64,000 nucleotides of DNA from Nitrosopumilaceae archaeon (GTDB lineage: Archaea > Thermoproteota > Nitrososphaeria > Nitrososphaerales > Nitrosopumilaceae), in assembly GCA_965214835.1 (NCBI GenBank), contig CBDCCK010000002.1, positions 320,001-384,000 on the forward strand, in the 5' to 3' direction. Below are positions 30,198 through 41,074 of this stretch, piece by piece; position 1 is the stretch's first letter; each line of letters opens with the position of its first letter. The notes under the pieces were generated by a model. The model worked only from the letters and a program-made list of their open reading frames with translations, did not search any database and was not told the origin of the DNA. Position numbers and translations under genes: made by a program.

Positions 30198-30988
30198 AAC
30201 TCTGCCTCTGACAGCGCCCTCTCGCAGGCGCATCCTCTGTCCTCTGGGATCCTGTCTACCAGTACGGTGAGCAGCTCTTTTATCCGCTCTACGTTACCTG
30301 ACAGCGTCTCTAGGACCTCCCTTGCCGTGACGGGCTTTTCTGCCCACACGTCATAGTCTGTAACCGTTGAAACCGAGACGTAGCACATCTGTGCCTCCCT
30401 TGCCAGCTGGCACTCTGGAACCAGCGTCATTCCGATGACGTCTGCGCCTAGCGTCCTGTAGAACTCTGACTCGGCCCTTGTGGAAAACCTCGGACCCTCT
30501 ATGCATACATACGTGCAGTCCCTGTGCATTGTAATCTGCTGCCCATCGGCCGCATCTAGGACACATTTCTGCAGCTCCGGGCAGAACGGATCTGCCACCG
30601 AGATGTGTATCACCCTGCCCTCCTCGGAAAACGAGCCCTTCCTTGACTTTGTAAAGTCGATGAACTGGTCAGGCAGCGCAAAGTGTGCGGGCTTTATCTC
30701 CTCCTTCAGGCTTCCGACTGCCGAGGGCGCAATTATCCTCCTCACCCCAAGCTCCTTGAATGCCCAGATGTTTGCCCTGAAGTTTATCATGTGCGGGGGT
30801 ATGGTGTGTTTTTTTCCATGTCTTGGCAAAAATGCGATCCTTCTTCCCCTGAACTCCCCCACGGTTACCGTATCTGACGGCCTTCCATACGGGGTGTCGA
30901 CGTCCACCTCCATGCTGTCTTGCAGCAGGCCCGAGTCATAGATTCCGGTGCCGCCAAAGATTCCAATCTCTGCCTCCTGCTCAGTCAA
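30194..30988 (-). CDS. mtnP: S-methyl-5'-thioadenosine phosphorylase
   Basis: [26 protein letters not shown]. Confidence 0.95.
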   Translation of the reverse strand: MTEQEAEIGIFGGTGIYDSGLLQDSMEVDVDTPYGRPSDTVTVGEFRGRRIAFLPRHGKKHTIPPHMINFRANIWAFKELGVRRIIAPSAVGSLKEEIKPAHFALPDQFIDFTKSRKGSFSEEGRVIHISVADPFCPELQKCVLDAADGQQITMHRDCTYVCIEGPRFSTRAESEFYRTLGADVIGMTLVPECQLAREAQMCYVSVSTVTDYDVWAEKPVTAREVLETLSGNVERIKELLTVLVDRIPEDRGCACERALSEAEF

Positions 30989-31497
30989 TACCTCACCAGT
31001 GACTTGCAGTCGTATCCGTCAAGATGCCTGATTCCGTCCAGCTCCGTCAGCTCTATGATGAATGCAAACCCTGCGACTATGCCTCCGATTCCTTCGACCA
31101 GCTCTGCAGACGCCTTTGCCGTCCCTCCCGTGGCAAGCAGGTCGTCACAAATCAAGACCCTTTCTCCCTTTTTGAGAATTTCCTTTTGCATCTCGATTGT
31201 ATCCTTGCCGTACTCTATCGTGTATGATATCTTTGCAGTCTTTCCGGGAATCTTTCCTGCCTTTCTAACCATTACCATTCCCTTGCTGTATCGTGCTGCC
31301 AGGATGCTTGATAAAATGAACCCCCTTGACTCGACTCCTGCAAGAACGTCGATGTCCTTCTTGTGAAAGTGTTTTTCAAACTCGTCTGCAATATAGGACA
31401 TTGCCGACGGATCCCTCAGGATCGGGCTGAAGTCCCTGAACAGGACGCCTTTTTTTGGAAAGTTTTTGTATTCTGCAATATGATCCCTTAGATTCAT
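30985..31497 (-). CDS. apt: Adenine phosphoribosyltransferase
   Basis: [24 protein letters not shown]. Confidence 0.96.
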   Translation of the reverse strand: MNLRDHIAEYKNFPKKGVLFRDFSPILRDPSAMSYIADEFEKHFHKKDIDVLAGVESRGFILSSILAARYSKGMVMVRKAGKIPGKTAKISYTIEYGKDTIEMQKEILKKGERVLICDDLLATGGTAKASAELVEGIGGIVAGFAFIIELTELDGIRHLDGYDCKSLVRY

Positions 31498-31536
31498 GTA
31501 CTGCTGTGCTTCTTGGAATAATAAAAACTGTGTTAA

Positions 31537-33786
31537 TTACTCTATTGCGAACAGCACGCTGGCCGAGTCAAATGCGTCCACTGCAGTCGCGTTGTATGTT
31601 CCCGGTGGCAGGTCTTTGGAGAGATTCCAGGGCAGTTTTATCTCGCCCTCGCTGCTTGCGGGAAACGATAGCTCGTCTATGGCTCCTCCGGCCTCGTCGT
31701 ATACCGTGATCTGGACATTGTTCTGTGCGCCAAAGACATGGAACCATACCAAGTCCCCGCCTGTGGGGTTGTTTTCAATGCGGTCGATTTCAATTACCAT
31801 TCCCTCCTGAACCGTTGCCACCACCTCCAGATCCGCCGTCCTGAAGTGGGACGCGCCTGATGCCTTTACCTTCCACGTTCCAGCCTTTGCATCTGACGGG
31901 ATTCTGAACGAGCCGTCAGTCAGCCTGCCGTCCTTTTTGGTGAACGTCTCCTTCTCCCTTACCACGTTTCCGTCGGGATCAATTAGCTCCAGCAGGATCA
32001 GCCTGTTTGGGCTTGCCTCGCCCAGAATCAGGATCGGATCATTGGTCTTGTAGATGTCCTTTGTAGTTGACAGCTGGATATCGTTCCTCTCGTATTCCAG
32101 TCCCACCGCGAACACCTCTGTGGCCTTGGAATTGGCCCTGCCAAATATGAGCGTGTATGCCCCCGACGAGTACCCGTCTAGATCCAGTACGTACTCTAGC
32201 CTTCCATTCGGCTGCAGGACAACTCTGCTGTCTGTAAACGTTTCCCTGTCTGACGGATCGACTACTACCAGTGACAGAGTCGCTGAGGGCGGCCCGTCAA
32301 TCAGTATGACGGCGTCCTCTGATTTTTTATAGTTTAGCTTGTCTAGCTTTACAAATATGTTCTCCTTTGGCAGTTCCCCTAGCCCAGCAACTATGATTTC
32401 CGTGTTGTCTGCCTGCTTTGCAATCAGGACATATGTTCCCTCGCGTGACGATTGCTCTGTCTGGTATGCAAACTCTACAAACCCGTCATCGCCGGTATCC
32501 TTTATGGCGGAGATCACCTCCGAACCCTGCGGGTTTTCCAAGACAAACTCTATTGCCTGGCCGGGCCTTGCCGTTCCGTTGAAGACCATCACATCGCCGG
32601 GCTCGAACTTTAGCATTGCAGGCTCTATCCTGATGGTCTTTGATGACTCTATCCTCCACGTTCTCTCAACTGTACTGGTACCATCTGTGATCACCATGTC
32701 GTATTCTCCAAAGACTGCGTCCTGCTGAATCAGAGTCTCAAATGCCCATCTGCCCTCGGCGTCTACCTGCCGCGGCTCTGACGTGATGATGCCTCCTCCG
32801 GGCCCCAGTATTTCCACCGTTACTGCACCCCCGGGAGCAGCCGTCCCCGAAATTCTCAGGACATCCCCCCTGTGCATCACTTCTGGCAGCCCGCCAGCTG
32901 TTAGTGGAACGCTTTCCGTGCGGCTCATCCTGTTGTTCTCCTCTCCCACGCGCAGGCTCACCCTACTTTCGTTTCCGTCAGAGTCCCTCACTGCAAAATC
33001 CACTCTGGAGGGGCTGAGCGTTTCTGGAATCTTGCTAGTCACTACAAAGTTTCCCTGATCATTTGTTTCAAATGTAGCAGTCCTCTGCCCGTCTATGTAG
33101 AGGTCCAATACCTCGTTTGAAGCAAAGCTCATACCTATGACCCTTATCGTATCGCCAACCTTTGGCTTGTCCGGGATCAGCCTGAACGTGGAGGAATCAA
33201 AAATCGCACCCGTCTTTACAGGGTCTACCGCCGGGTCAACACCTTGGCCTGTCCCCGGGTCAACCACGTCCGCATCCGTCCCGGCCGGGACATTCAGATC
33301 CTCTGGCTGGGATACGCCGATGCCAACCTGCCTGTCTGACGCATCCAATACCTTCCAGTTAACGTTTGATTTTGCCCTGTCCGCCTTTAGTCCGAATTTT
33401 ACGGCCTCACCTGGCTTGAGCGCCGTATCTGCCGTGAACGCCACGACTCCCACCGAGTTCTTCTTGCCGGTCCAGCCCTCCTCGCTCTTAAACGACTCCA
33501 TCTCCACGCCGGAGGGCAGCCAGATCCTAACCTCGTTTAGATCCTGACTCGATATATTTTCAAACTCAATTATCGTCGTCCTGTCGAATCCTGTACTGCT
33601 GACTCGCACGTCAGGGGACTGTGCGCCTGCATCAGGAATCATGGGATCTGCAGCCATAAAAAGCAGCAGCAGCGAGAAGGACAGCCCTGCCGTCATGGCC
33701 GTGTGCCTAGCTTTCACTGGTCTTCCACCCTGCAGTGATTTTTTTTCGCGTTGATATTTCTTTGTTGCATGTCTTCCAGTCCTCAT
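31537..33786 (-). CDS. Large secreted/surface protein with repeated beta-sandwich domains
   Basis: Signal peptide, repeated G.Y.....  beta-rich modules; start may be downstream. Confidence 0.75.
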   Translation of the reverse strand: MRTGRHATKKYQREKKSLQGGRPVKARHTAMTAGLSFSLLLLFMAADPMIPDAGAQSPDVRVSSTGFDRTTIIEFENISSQDLNEVRIWLPSGVEMESFKSEEGWTGKKNSVGVVAFTADTALKPGEAVKFGLKADRAKSNVNWKVLDASDRQVGIGVSQPEDLNVPAGTDADVVDPGTGQGVDPAVDPVKTGAIFDSSTFRLIPDKPKVGDTIRVIGMSFASNEVLDLYIDGQRTATFETNDQGNFVVTSKIPETLSPSRVDFAVRDSDGNESRVSLRVGEENNRMSRTESVPLTAGGLPEVMHRGDVLRISGTAAPGGAVTVEILGPGGGIITSEPRQVDAEGRWAFETLIQQDAVFGEYDMVITDGTSTVERTWRIESSKTIRIEPAMLKFEPGDVMVFNGTARPGQAIEFVLENPQGSEVISAIKDTGDDGFVEFAYQTEQSSREGTYVLIAKQADNTEIIVAGLGELPKENIFVKLDKLNYKKSEDAVILIDGPPSATLSLVVVDPSDRETFTDSRVVLQPNGRLEYVLDLDGYSSGAYTLIFGRANSKATEVFAVGLEYERNDIQLSTTKDIYKTNDPILILGEASPNRLILLELIDPDGNVVREKETFTKKDGRLTDGSFRIPSDAKAGTWKVKASGASHFRTADLEVVATVQEGMVIEIDRIENNPTGGDLVWFHVFGAQNNVQITVYDEAGGAIDELSFPASSEGEIKLPWNLSKDLPPGTYNATAVDAFDSASVLFAIE

Positions 33787-33795
33787 AAGCGTTGA

Positions 33796-35889
33796 TCAGT
33801 TTTTTGCCTTTGCCCTCCTTGACTCTTCGGCTCCCTCTATATTATTCTCATGCTGCCTGATTCTCTCTGCAATCATCCTGTACAGCGATCTGAACCTGTC
33901 CTTTGTCTTGTCTGACAAAAAGTCAGCCTGGCCCAGTGAAATCTTCTCGCAGATATACCTGGTAATCTCCTCATTATCGAATCTGCCCCACTCGTCTTCG
34001 TGGTGCTCGTCCCAGATCTCCTTGAGGTTCTCTATGATCCCCTTGTTGTTTTTTGCAAGAACCTCCTTGGAAGTCAGGTTTGAAAATCCCTCCGTCCTTA
34101 GCTTGATCTCATATGTCTGGTTAACTGCGTGCAGATAGTCCTCAAGCATGATATAGTCCTCCATTGACTCCAACGTCTTTCCCTCCCTCTCAAAAAATAT
34201 TGTCTGTGACTTTGAGAACTTGTTGGCCTCCAGCTGTGCAGAAATCTGCTTTGACTCGTCCGTGTTGTCCAGCAAGATAAACGTCCTGTATCCGTGCTTT
34301 TGATAAAAAATCGCCAGCGGCAAAACAGAGTTCTTGCTGTGCGCCGTAACGACGTTTAGCGGATTCATGGAAATGTTTGGATCCTGAAGGAACTTGTCGA
34401 ACGCATTTAGGTACATCGAGTCTGACATCGTCTCTACTATGATTACAGGCCTTGAGTTTGTCCCAATCTCCCTGTCCGTCATCGCCTCCACGTTTCCCCG
34501 TGACAGCCCGTACAGGATAGGCGTGAGTGTCTTATCATCTGCGTTCCAATAGTCATAGAAAATCCTGCTCAGGTGCTTTCTTTTGTCTAACTCGACCACC
34601 AGGAGATTTCCCGGCGTATAGTCAAAAATCATGAATGGTGAGTGTGTTGCATACAGTACTTGGTTTGAACCTGCTAGGTTCCTGAGCAGGTCTGAGATTC
34701 CCATCTGCTGTGTGGGGTGCAGGTTTCTTGCAGGCTCGTCTAGCAGCAAGATTGCCTCCTTTAGCTCGGCCCTCTGAGTCTCAGCTGCAAAGTTTACAAT
34801 AAACGAAAACGTCCATTTGAAGCCCTCTGCCCTTCGGTTCAGCAGTCCCGTATTGGTTACTGTCCCGTCCCTGTGCACGTCGGAGATTACCACGCTCATT
34901 ATGTTTCCCGGATTGTACCTCAGGTCAACGTGGATGGGATCCCCCTTCCATGCGGGGTTTAGCCTGCTTGTTAGCCTGTTGCTTGCAGTATGCAGGTATT
35001 TTATCATTTTTGAGGGGCTGTCGTTTAGTGCCTCAAGCTCGGCAACGTCCAGCTCGGCCAAATAGAACAGATTCCTGACCGTCTCTGCCTTGTCGAACTC
35101 CTCTACGAACTCTATTGCGTTTGCCCTCTGCCCCGCAGCCTCCCTGACGAATTCGTTGAGGTTTATGTTTCCGTAAATCTTCTTATAGTCTGAAAAATAA
35201 ACAAACCTTGGGTGCAGCTCGCCCTCAATAAAATTCTCCAACATGTTCCGCTCTGTCTTGCCGCTAAGCAGACTGGAAAACTGGCTTTCGGGGTCTCTGT
35301 AGATTTTTTCCCACTCTGTAACCGCCTGGGGCTCTTGCATTGCAACGACATGAAACCTGTTGCTGAATTCTGCCATCCTGCCGTCGAACACCTCTTTGGT
35401 TTTTGGTGGCGGACCCTCAAAGAACCCTGCATCAAGCTGGATTTTAAGGTGGTTTGGGATCGTATCCAGGAACTCCCTTATCTTCCCGCAGAAGTTCTCC
35501 CATGAGTTTAGTGCAGAGTTTTCCTCATCACTGACCTCCGTATCTGGAAACTCGTACTGTACCTTTTGACTCTTGTTTGTCCTGAACAGGCGCAGGTTCT
35601 TGATTTCTGGCACCTTGGGGAATTTGTCCTTGATTATGCTGCGCTCGTTCTCGTTGAGGTCAAATTCCCCCTCCGCCAGTCTGATTTCCTGCTTCAAATC
35701 CTCGGACATCTCATCACAAAGATCCAAGTCTGAGACCTTTTCATCCTTGTTTAACAGTGTCAGCGCCTGTAAAATGGTGGTTTTTCCGCTTTCATTTCTC
35801 CCAACAAATGCAGCAAGATCCCCAACGTTGATCTCCCCTGAATCATGAATACACCTGTATGCCCTGACTCTGAATTTTCGAAGTCTCAT
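33796..35889 (-). CDS. ABC-ATPase/Toprim protein (OLD-family nuclease-like)
   Basis: Walker A GRNESGKT, Walker B LLLDEP, H-loop ATHSP; C-terminal IIVETMSD/LLD Toprim-like region. Confidence 0.8.
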   Translation of the reverse strand: MRLRKFRVRAYRCIHDSGEINVGDLAAFVGRNESGKTTILQALTLLNKDEKVSDLDLCDEMSEDLKQEIRLAEGEFDLNENERSIIKDKFPKVPEIKNLRLFRTNKSQKVQYEFPDTEVSDEENSALNSWENFCGKIREFLDTIPNHLKIQLDAGFFEGPPPKTKEVFDGRMAEFSNRFHVVAMQEPQAVTEWEKIYRDPESQFSSLLSGKTERNMLENFIEGELHPRFVYFSDYKKIYGNINLNEFVREAAGQRANAIEFVEEFDKAETVRNLFYLAELDVAELEALNDSPSKMIKYLHTASNRLTSRLNPAWKGDPIHVDLRYNPGNIMSVVISDVHRDGTVTNTGLLNRRAEGFKWTFSFIVNFAAETQRAELKEAILLLDEPARNLHPTQQMGISDLLRNLAGSNQVLYATHSPFMIFDYTPGNLLVVELDKRKHLSRIFYDYWNADDKTLTPILYGLSRGNVEAMTDREIGTNSRPVIIVETMSDSMYLNAFDKFLQDPNISMNPLNVVTAHSKNSVLPLAIFYQKHGYRTFILLDNTDESKQISAQLEANKFSKSQTIFFEREGKTLESMEDYIMLEDYLHAVNQTYEIKLRTEGFSNLTSKEVLAKNNKGIIENLKEIWDEHHEDEWGRFDNEEITRYICEKISLGQADFLSDKTKDRFRSLYRMIAERIRQHENNIEGAEESRRAKAKN

Positions 35890-35966
35890 CTAGCGATAAT
35901 TGGATGGCTGCGATTTAACTCATTCGTCACAATGATACAACCCAAATCCAACTAATCTGCCAAAAT

Positions 35967-36056
35967 GTAAGAGGTTACCCCTAGTCTGCCCTGCCGGCCA
36001 GGATCCTTGTGGCCATGTCCCCCCACGCCGTATGGTCAGAAAGGGGTAGGACTCGC
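35967..36056. mobile_element. 90-bp MITE, GTAAGAG family
   Basis: Left TIR GTAAGAGGTTACCCCT; exact 8-bp TSD GCCAAAAT. Confidence 0.85.
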
Positions 36057-36104
36057 GCCAAAATCTGACAAATAGATATATGGGCTCATTGAAACTAAAA
36101 CAGG

Positions 36105-36563
36105 GTGGCACGTGGAGTCGCATATCTTGTATTTTTGATACCCATAGTAATCTCAATACCCATTGCTGCATACGTCCTGTATGATATTGTATCCCAGCCC
36201 GGACGCGAGTTAAGCATGATGCCGGGGTCTGCAAGCACCGTGCATTCTAGCTCTGTGATTGATTTTGTCGGCATTGCTTCTAGCTATTCTACAAACGATC
36301 CCCTGAACATCAAGGCAAAAATCTTCGATGCCAGCTTTGACTGCGGCGACGTATACATTACGATTTATGACTCAGCAGACAACGCTGTTTCCCAAAGCGC
36401 GTTTTTTGATCAATGCTTCAGTAAAAACCAGTCCATAGTCCCCGTCGATGGGCAATTCTCTGACTCTGTTGCTGACGCAGGAAAATACCAAGTTGTCTTG
36501 GAAGTACTAGACAGGAACCAAAAGCATACAGAGTCTGCATCCGTGGTGATAAACGTAATTTAG
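36105..36563 (+). CDS. Membrane-anchored hypothetical protein
   Basis: N-terminal TM, beta-rich body. Confidence 0.75.
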   Translation: MARGVAYLVFLIPIVISIPIAAYVLYDIVSQPGRELSMMPGSASTVHSSSVIDFVGIASSYSTNDPLNIKAKIFDASFDCGDVYITIYDSADNAVSQSAFFDQCFSKNQSIVPVDGQFSDSVADAGKYQVVLEVLDRNQKHTESASVVINVI

Positions 36564-36574
36564 GTGAATGTCTG

Positions 36575-38009
36575 GTGGCAATAAAAGACAGTCTTGCTGA
36601 AGAGGCCGAGCAAATCAAAAAGGAGCTGGCAGTACTAAAAGAAAAGAAAAAGCAACTAGACAAAAAACCCGCCAAAAAGGCAGAGCCAAAGAAGGTAACA
36701 AAGGATACTAAAAAACCCGCCAAAAAGGCAGAACCAAAAAAGCCCGATCCCAAGAGACTCACAAAGGCAGAACCAAAGGCAAAGGATGCCAAAAAGACGG
36801 CCAAAAAACCAGAGCCAAAAAAGACTACAAAGGACACCAAAAAGTCAGAGCAAAAAAAAGAACCTGAGCCCGGGAGCCTCAAAAAACCAGAGCCAAAAAA
36901 GACTACAAAGGACACCAAAAAGTCAGAGCAAAAAAAAGAACCTGAGCCCGGGAGCCTCAAAAAACCAGAGCCAAAAAAGACTACAAAGGACACCAAAAAG
37001 TCAGAGCAAAAAAAAGTCGTAAAGGATACCAAAAAGACGGCCAAAAAACCAGAGCCAAAAAAGACTACAAAGGACACCAAAAAGTCAGAGCAAAAAAAAG
37101 TCGTAAAGGATACCAAAAAGACGGCCAAAAAACCAGAGCCAAAAAAGACTACAAAGGACACCAAAAAGTCAGAGCAAAAAAAAGTCGTAAAGGATAAAGC
37201 CAAAAAGTGCCAAAAAGACGGCCAAAAAACCAGAGCCAAAAAAGACTACAAAGGACACCAAAAAGTCAGAGCAAAAAAAAGTCGTAAAGGATACCAAAAA
37301 GACGGCCAAAAAACCAGAGCCAAAAAAGACTACAAAGGACACCAAAAAGTCAGAGCAAAAAAAAGTCGTAAAGGATGCCAAAAAGACGGCCAAAAAACCA
37401 GAGCCAAAAAAGACTACAAAGGACACCAAAAAGTCAGAGCAAAAAAAAGTCGTAAAGGATGCCAAAAAGACGGCCAAAAAACCAGAGCCAAAGGAGGCAA
37501 AGCCCAAGAGACTAACAAAGGCAGAGCAGAAAAGATTAGAAAAGGAACAGGAGGAGGCAAAAAAGGCAGCAGAACGTACCCTTGAGGAGGAGTTGGAGGA
37601 ACAGCTCACAGAGGAGGAGATCGAGAACTTTCAAATCGAAAAGATGGATATGGAAAAGCTGATTAACAAGGTAAGCGAGATCGTCGCCACGTTTGAGCTG
37701 GAGGGAATGATGCAAAGCGCGCTTTGGAAAAAACTAAAGCTTTCCAGCCGGGACGGCTCACGGCTGGCACTCAAGCTAGAGCGCAGGGGGATTATTACCC
37801 GGGAAAAAATGCTGGAAAAGGGCAGGTGGACTTACAAGCTAATCATCAAAAAAACCCCCGTCAGCACCCAGTCCATTGAAAACGCGCCCTGTCTGGTGTG
37901 TCCTGTAGAACAAAAGTGCTCAGTAGACAGCGAGATCAGTCCGCGTACCTGCCAGTTTATCGAGGACTGGGTTCTTGCAGAGATAAAAAAGCCAAAGAAG
38001 GCGAAATGA
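36575..38009 (+). CDS. TFE beta / RPC34-like factor with long Lys-rich repeat N-terminus (frameshifted at 37196-37208)
   Basis: C-terminal wHTH (QSALWKKLKLSSRDGSRLALKLERRG) plus PCLVCP...C...C Fe-S motif; removing a 13-bp insert joins both ORFs. Confidence 0.75.
36803..37490 (+). repeat. 78/84-bp tandem repeats (KKPEPKKTTKDTKKSEQKK...)
   Basis: About 8 near-identical copies of AAAAAACCAGAGCCAAAAAAGACTACAAAGGACACCAAAAAGTCAGAGC. Confidence 0.95.
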
Positions 38010-38599
38010 GGCCGCACGAGGCCCGTCGTGATCATTACCGGAGACTGGCAAGGGAGCAGGGATTTCGCAGCAGGGCAGCATACAAACTAAAGGAGCTAAA
38101 CAAATCGTATAGGATCATCGGCCCCGGATTCTACGTCCTGGATCTGGGGTGCGCCCCCGGCGGCTGGACCCAGGTGGCAGCAAAGCTGGTCGGAAACCAA
38201 GGAAGGGTGATGGGAGTAGATAAATCGTACGTGGAGGAGATCGAGGGCGCCCGAATCATACGTGAGGATGTCGCCGATGAGGGAATTGTTGATGAGATCG
38301 CCGAGTATTTTGGCAGGAAGGTTGACGCGGTAATCTGCGACCTGTCCCCCCAGGTTACCGGAAACTGGTCCGTGGATCACGCGGTCCAAATCTCGCTGAA
38401 CTACGACTGTGTCAAAATACTGGACAGGGTCCTCGGATTCAAGGGAAATGCACTGTTCAAGGTGTTTGACGGCGAGTACTCTGCGGAGTTTCGCGACTTT
38501 TTGAGGAAAAAGTTTGCCAGGGTAAAGCTGACAAAGCCCAAGGCGAGCAGAAAGCCTAGCAGCGAGCTGTATTTTGTCTGTCTGGGCTACCTGGACTGA
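38006..38599 (+). CDS. rlmE: 23S rRNA 2'-O-methyltransferase RlmE/FtsJ
   Basis: RSRAAYKL, DLGCAPGGW, KPKASRKPSSELY. Confidence 0.95.
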   Translation: MRPHEARRDHYRRLAREQGFRSRAAYKLKELNKSYRIIGPGFYVLDLGCAPGGWTQVAAKLVGNQGRVMGVDKSYVEEIEGARIIREDVADEGIVDEIAEYFGRKVDAVICDLSPQVTGNWSVDHAVQISLNYDCVKILDRVLGFKGNALFKVFDGEYSAEFRDFLRKKFARVKLTKPKASRKPSSELYFVCLGYLD

Positions 38600-39735
38600 C
38601 CTGCAAACATCCTCTTGATCTCGTCAACCGGCGCGTCTGTCTTGAATCCGGTCGGATCAAATGCAGTCGGGCTTGCAGCAAATCCGCCGCCTGTCAGCAG
38701 CCTTACGGCCTCGTCAAGCCCTATCGGTGATGCCCCCATCTCCGAGGCAATCTCGTCTAGCGTATAGTACGAGGCCGGCATGTCTGCCTCCAAGACGGCG
38801 GTGGAGAGGATCCTTTCACACCTCTTGTGGACCTTGAGGTGCCCCGACTCCCTGATCATCCTCTCCAGAAACTCCCTTTCATGCAGCCTTCCAATCCATA
38901 GCGGGCCTGAAAGCTTTACCGCCGAGCCGCACAGCCTGCAGGCCACCTGATGCCGGCTTGTGGCCCCCCTGTCCTTGCAGCTCTCACAGTGGGTGATGTA
39001 TCCGATGTTTTCCTCCTGATCCGGCCTGTTTAGAACCCTTACAAAGACCCTGTAGTAGTGCATGTCGCTTTCTGCAAACAGCGGCACGATCTCAATGTCC
39101 ATCCTGGCGGCAATGTGCCTCATGCACCCCAGAACCAACCTTATGGCAGTCTCGTCTCCGTATTGGGTACGGACCGGAGCTCCCCCGTATCGACGCATGC
39201 ACGCGTTCTGGAACAACCCGTTGAGGACCTGCAGATCCGTCGCCGTCACGGCCAGAATCCCGCCGTGCATGGTGGCACGGATTCCACAGTCGATGAACCT
39301 TGCAGGCGAGCCAAACGGATCAATGTCGACCATCGAGGCGCGCTCGTTCCTTTTTGAAAAGTCGCTGCACAGCCTGCAGGCCTCCTTTTCTGTAATCTCG
39401 ACGTTCTCAAGACCGTTGAGTCGGGCAGATTTTTTTGCCAGCTCTAACGCACCGGGGTTTAGATCATTGATGACCACCCTCTCCACCTGCAGCTCGTTTG
39501 CCACCCTCAGTCCACGTGATCCCAGGCCTGACATGCAATCGACGAAAATCTTTGGGCCGTGAAAACCCTTCACAAAGGCAGAGTATGCGAGCATTGAAAG
39601 ATCCCGGTTCATCCTGGCCCTTGGGTTAAAAAACGCAGGTTCTGTGGGCGGGGATTTCTCGGTGACTGACTTTTCTGGCACGAGGATCCTAGTGGTGCCC
39701 TCTGTGATCTCGACTATCCTGTGACCCTTTTGCAT
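38587..39735 (-). CDS. trm1: tRNA (guanine26-N2)-dimethyltransferase
   Basis: FFNP...NRDLS, IDPFGSP, TATD, GPLWIG, GFKTDAP. Confidence 0.94.
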   Translation of the reverse strand: MQKGHRIVEITEGTTRILVPEKSVTEKSPPTEPAFFNPRARMNRDLSMLAYSAFVKGFHGPKIFVDCMSGLGSRGLRVANELQVERVVINDLNPGALELAKKSARLNGLENVEITEKEACRLCSDFSKRNERASMVDIDPFGSPARFIDCGIRATMHGGILAVTATDLQVLNGLFQNACMRRYGGAPVRTQYGDETAIRLVLGCMRHIAARMDIEIVPLFAESDMHYYRVFVRVLNRPDQEENIGYITHCESCKDRGATSRHQVACRLCGSAVKLSGPLWIGRLHEREFLERMIRESGHLKVHKRCERILSTAVLEADMPASYYTLDEIASEMGASPIGLDEAVRLLTGGGFAASPTAFDPTGFKTDAPVDEIKRMFAGQSR

Positions 39736-39795
39736 TTTTTTTACAAGTTTTTTTCATCTGCATGGTTTAATACCTGTTCTCCCAGAGTCAGAGCC

Positions 39796-40413
39796 GTGCT
39801 GGTTTGCGGAGTCGATGAGGCAGGTAGGGGCTCTATGCTCGGGCCTCTTGTAATTGCCGGCGTCTCCATTCCCAAGTCCAAAATCAGAAAACTGTCCTCT
39901 ATGGGGGTAAGGGACTCCAAAAAGCTATCTGCAAAACGGCGCGTGCAGCTATACAAGAAAATCATCGAGTTTGCCGATGACTATTACGTCTCAAAAATCA
40001 ACCCCAGAACCATTGATCGCAGCGTTCACAAGCACGAGCTGAACAGCCTTGAGGCCAAGTACATGGCCAGGGTGATCACAAGGCTCCGGCCCGACGTCTC
40101 ATATGTCGACTCTTGTGATGTCAACCCCAAGAGATTCGGGCGTGAGGTCTCCCGGCTCTCAAGGAACAACAAGGTCCGCTCTTACCACAAGGCGGATTCA
40201 AAGTACGTGATAGTGTCTGCGGCCTCAATCATTGCAAAGGTCAGCCGTGACAGGGAGATATCGCGCCTGAACAAAAAGCACGACGTGGGAAGCGGATATC
40301 CCTCCGACTCCAAGACCGTCAAGTTTGTCAGGGACTATATCGGTGAGAACAGCTCAGTCCCCCCGTTTGTGAGGGCCAGCTGGAGGCCTGTCCGGACCAT
40401 GCTCAACCCTTAG
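39796..40413 (+). CDS. rnhB: Ribonuclease HII
   Basis: GVDEAGRG, DSKKL, SAASIIAKV, GSGYPSD. Confidence 0.96.
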   Translation: MLVCGVDEAGRGSMLGPLVIAGVSIPKSKIRKLSSMGVRDSKKLSAKRRVQLYKKIIEFADDYYVSKINPRTIDRSVHKHELNSLEAKYMARVITRLRPDVSYVDSCDVNPKRFGREVSRLSRNNKVRSYHKADSKYVIVSAASIIAKVSRDREISRLNKKHDVGSGYPSDSKTVKFVRDYIGENSSVPPFVRASWRPVRTMLNP

Positions 40414-41074
40414 CCCTTGCAACCACCATCGCATGATCCCTGTCGTACGGGTACAGGTTCAGTGTCTGAAGAATCTCAAACTTGCCCTTGAGCTTCTCCT
40501 CCTCCATCCTCACAACCCTCCTGGGCGATTTTGTGACGTCTATGCTTCTTGTCTTGATCACCAGAAACAAGAATCCCCTGGGCTTTAGAAACCTGTCACA
40601 GTTTGCAATCGTAATCTCTGTCTGATCGGGCTGTGCAATGTCTGCATAGACTATGTCCACCCTGCCATAGACCGAAAAGTACTCCCCTGGGCGCCTTGCA
40701 TCCTGCATGATTGGAATGACGTTTGGCCTGTGGTCTACCACCCTGTCAATCAGATCCCTTGCAACCCTGCTTGCATGCTCTACTGCAAAGATAACCCCGT
40801 TTGGGCCCAGTATGTCCGACAGGTGGCTCACCGTGGTGCCCGTCGACGCACCAAGATACAGCACAGCAGACCTTGTCTTGAAGGGAAAGTCATCCAGTCC
40901 GTTCATGATGGCAGCTGCAAGCTTGCTTCTAAACGGATCCCATACCCTGTATTCTGTCCCCTTTTTGCTGACCAGCCTTTCCCTATATACCTGGTTTCCC
41001 GGAACCAGGTTTTCAGTGGCCAGTCTTTTCTCTCCTTCTGAGCGTATCCAGAAAAAGCCCTCAGCGTCTTCCAA
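40403..41074 (-). CDS. flpA: Fibrillarin rRNA 2'-O-methyltransferase
   Basis: WDPFRSKLAA, YLGASTGTTVSH, DIAQPDQ, PYDRDH. Confidence 0.95.
   Translation of the reverse strand: MEDAEGFFWIRSEGEKRLATENLVPGNQVYRERLVSKKGTEYRVWDPFRSKLAAAIMNGLDDFPFKTRSAVLYLGASTGTTVSHLSDILGPNGVIFAVEHASRVARDLIDRVVDHRPNVIPIMQDARRPGEYFSVYGRVDIVYADIAQPDQTEITIANCDRFLKPRGFLFLVIKTRSIDVTKSPRRVVRMEEEKLKGKFEILQTLNLYPYDRDHAMVVARAKG

Noticed and set aside
36803-37490. Regularly spaced repeats as a CRISPR array
   Set aside because: Units are contiguous, in-frame coding repeats without unique spacers, and no cas genes are present.
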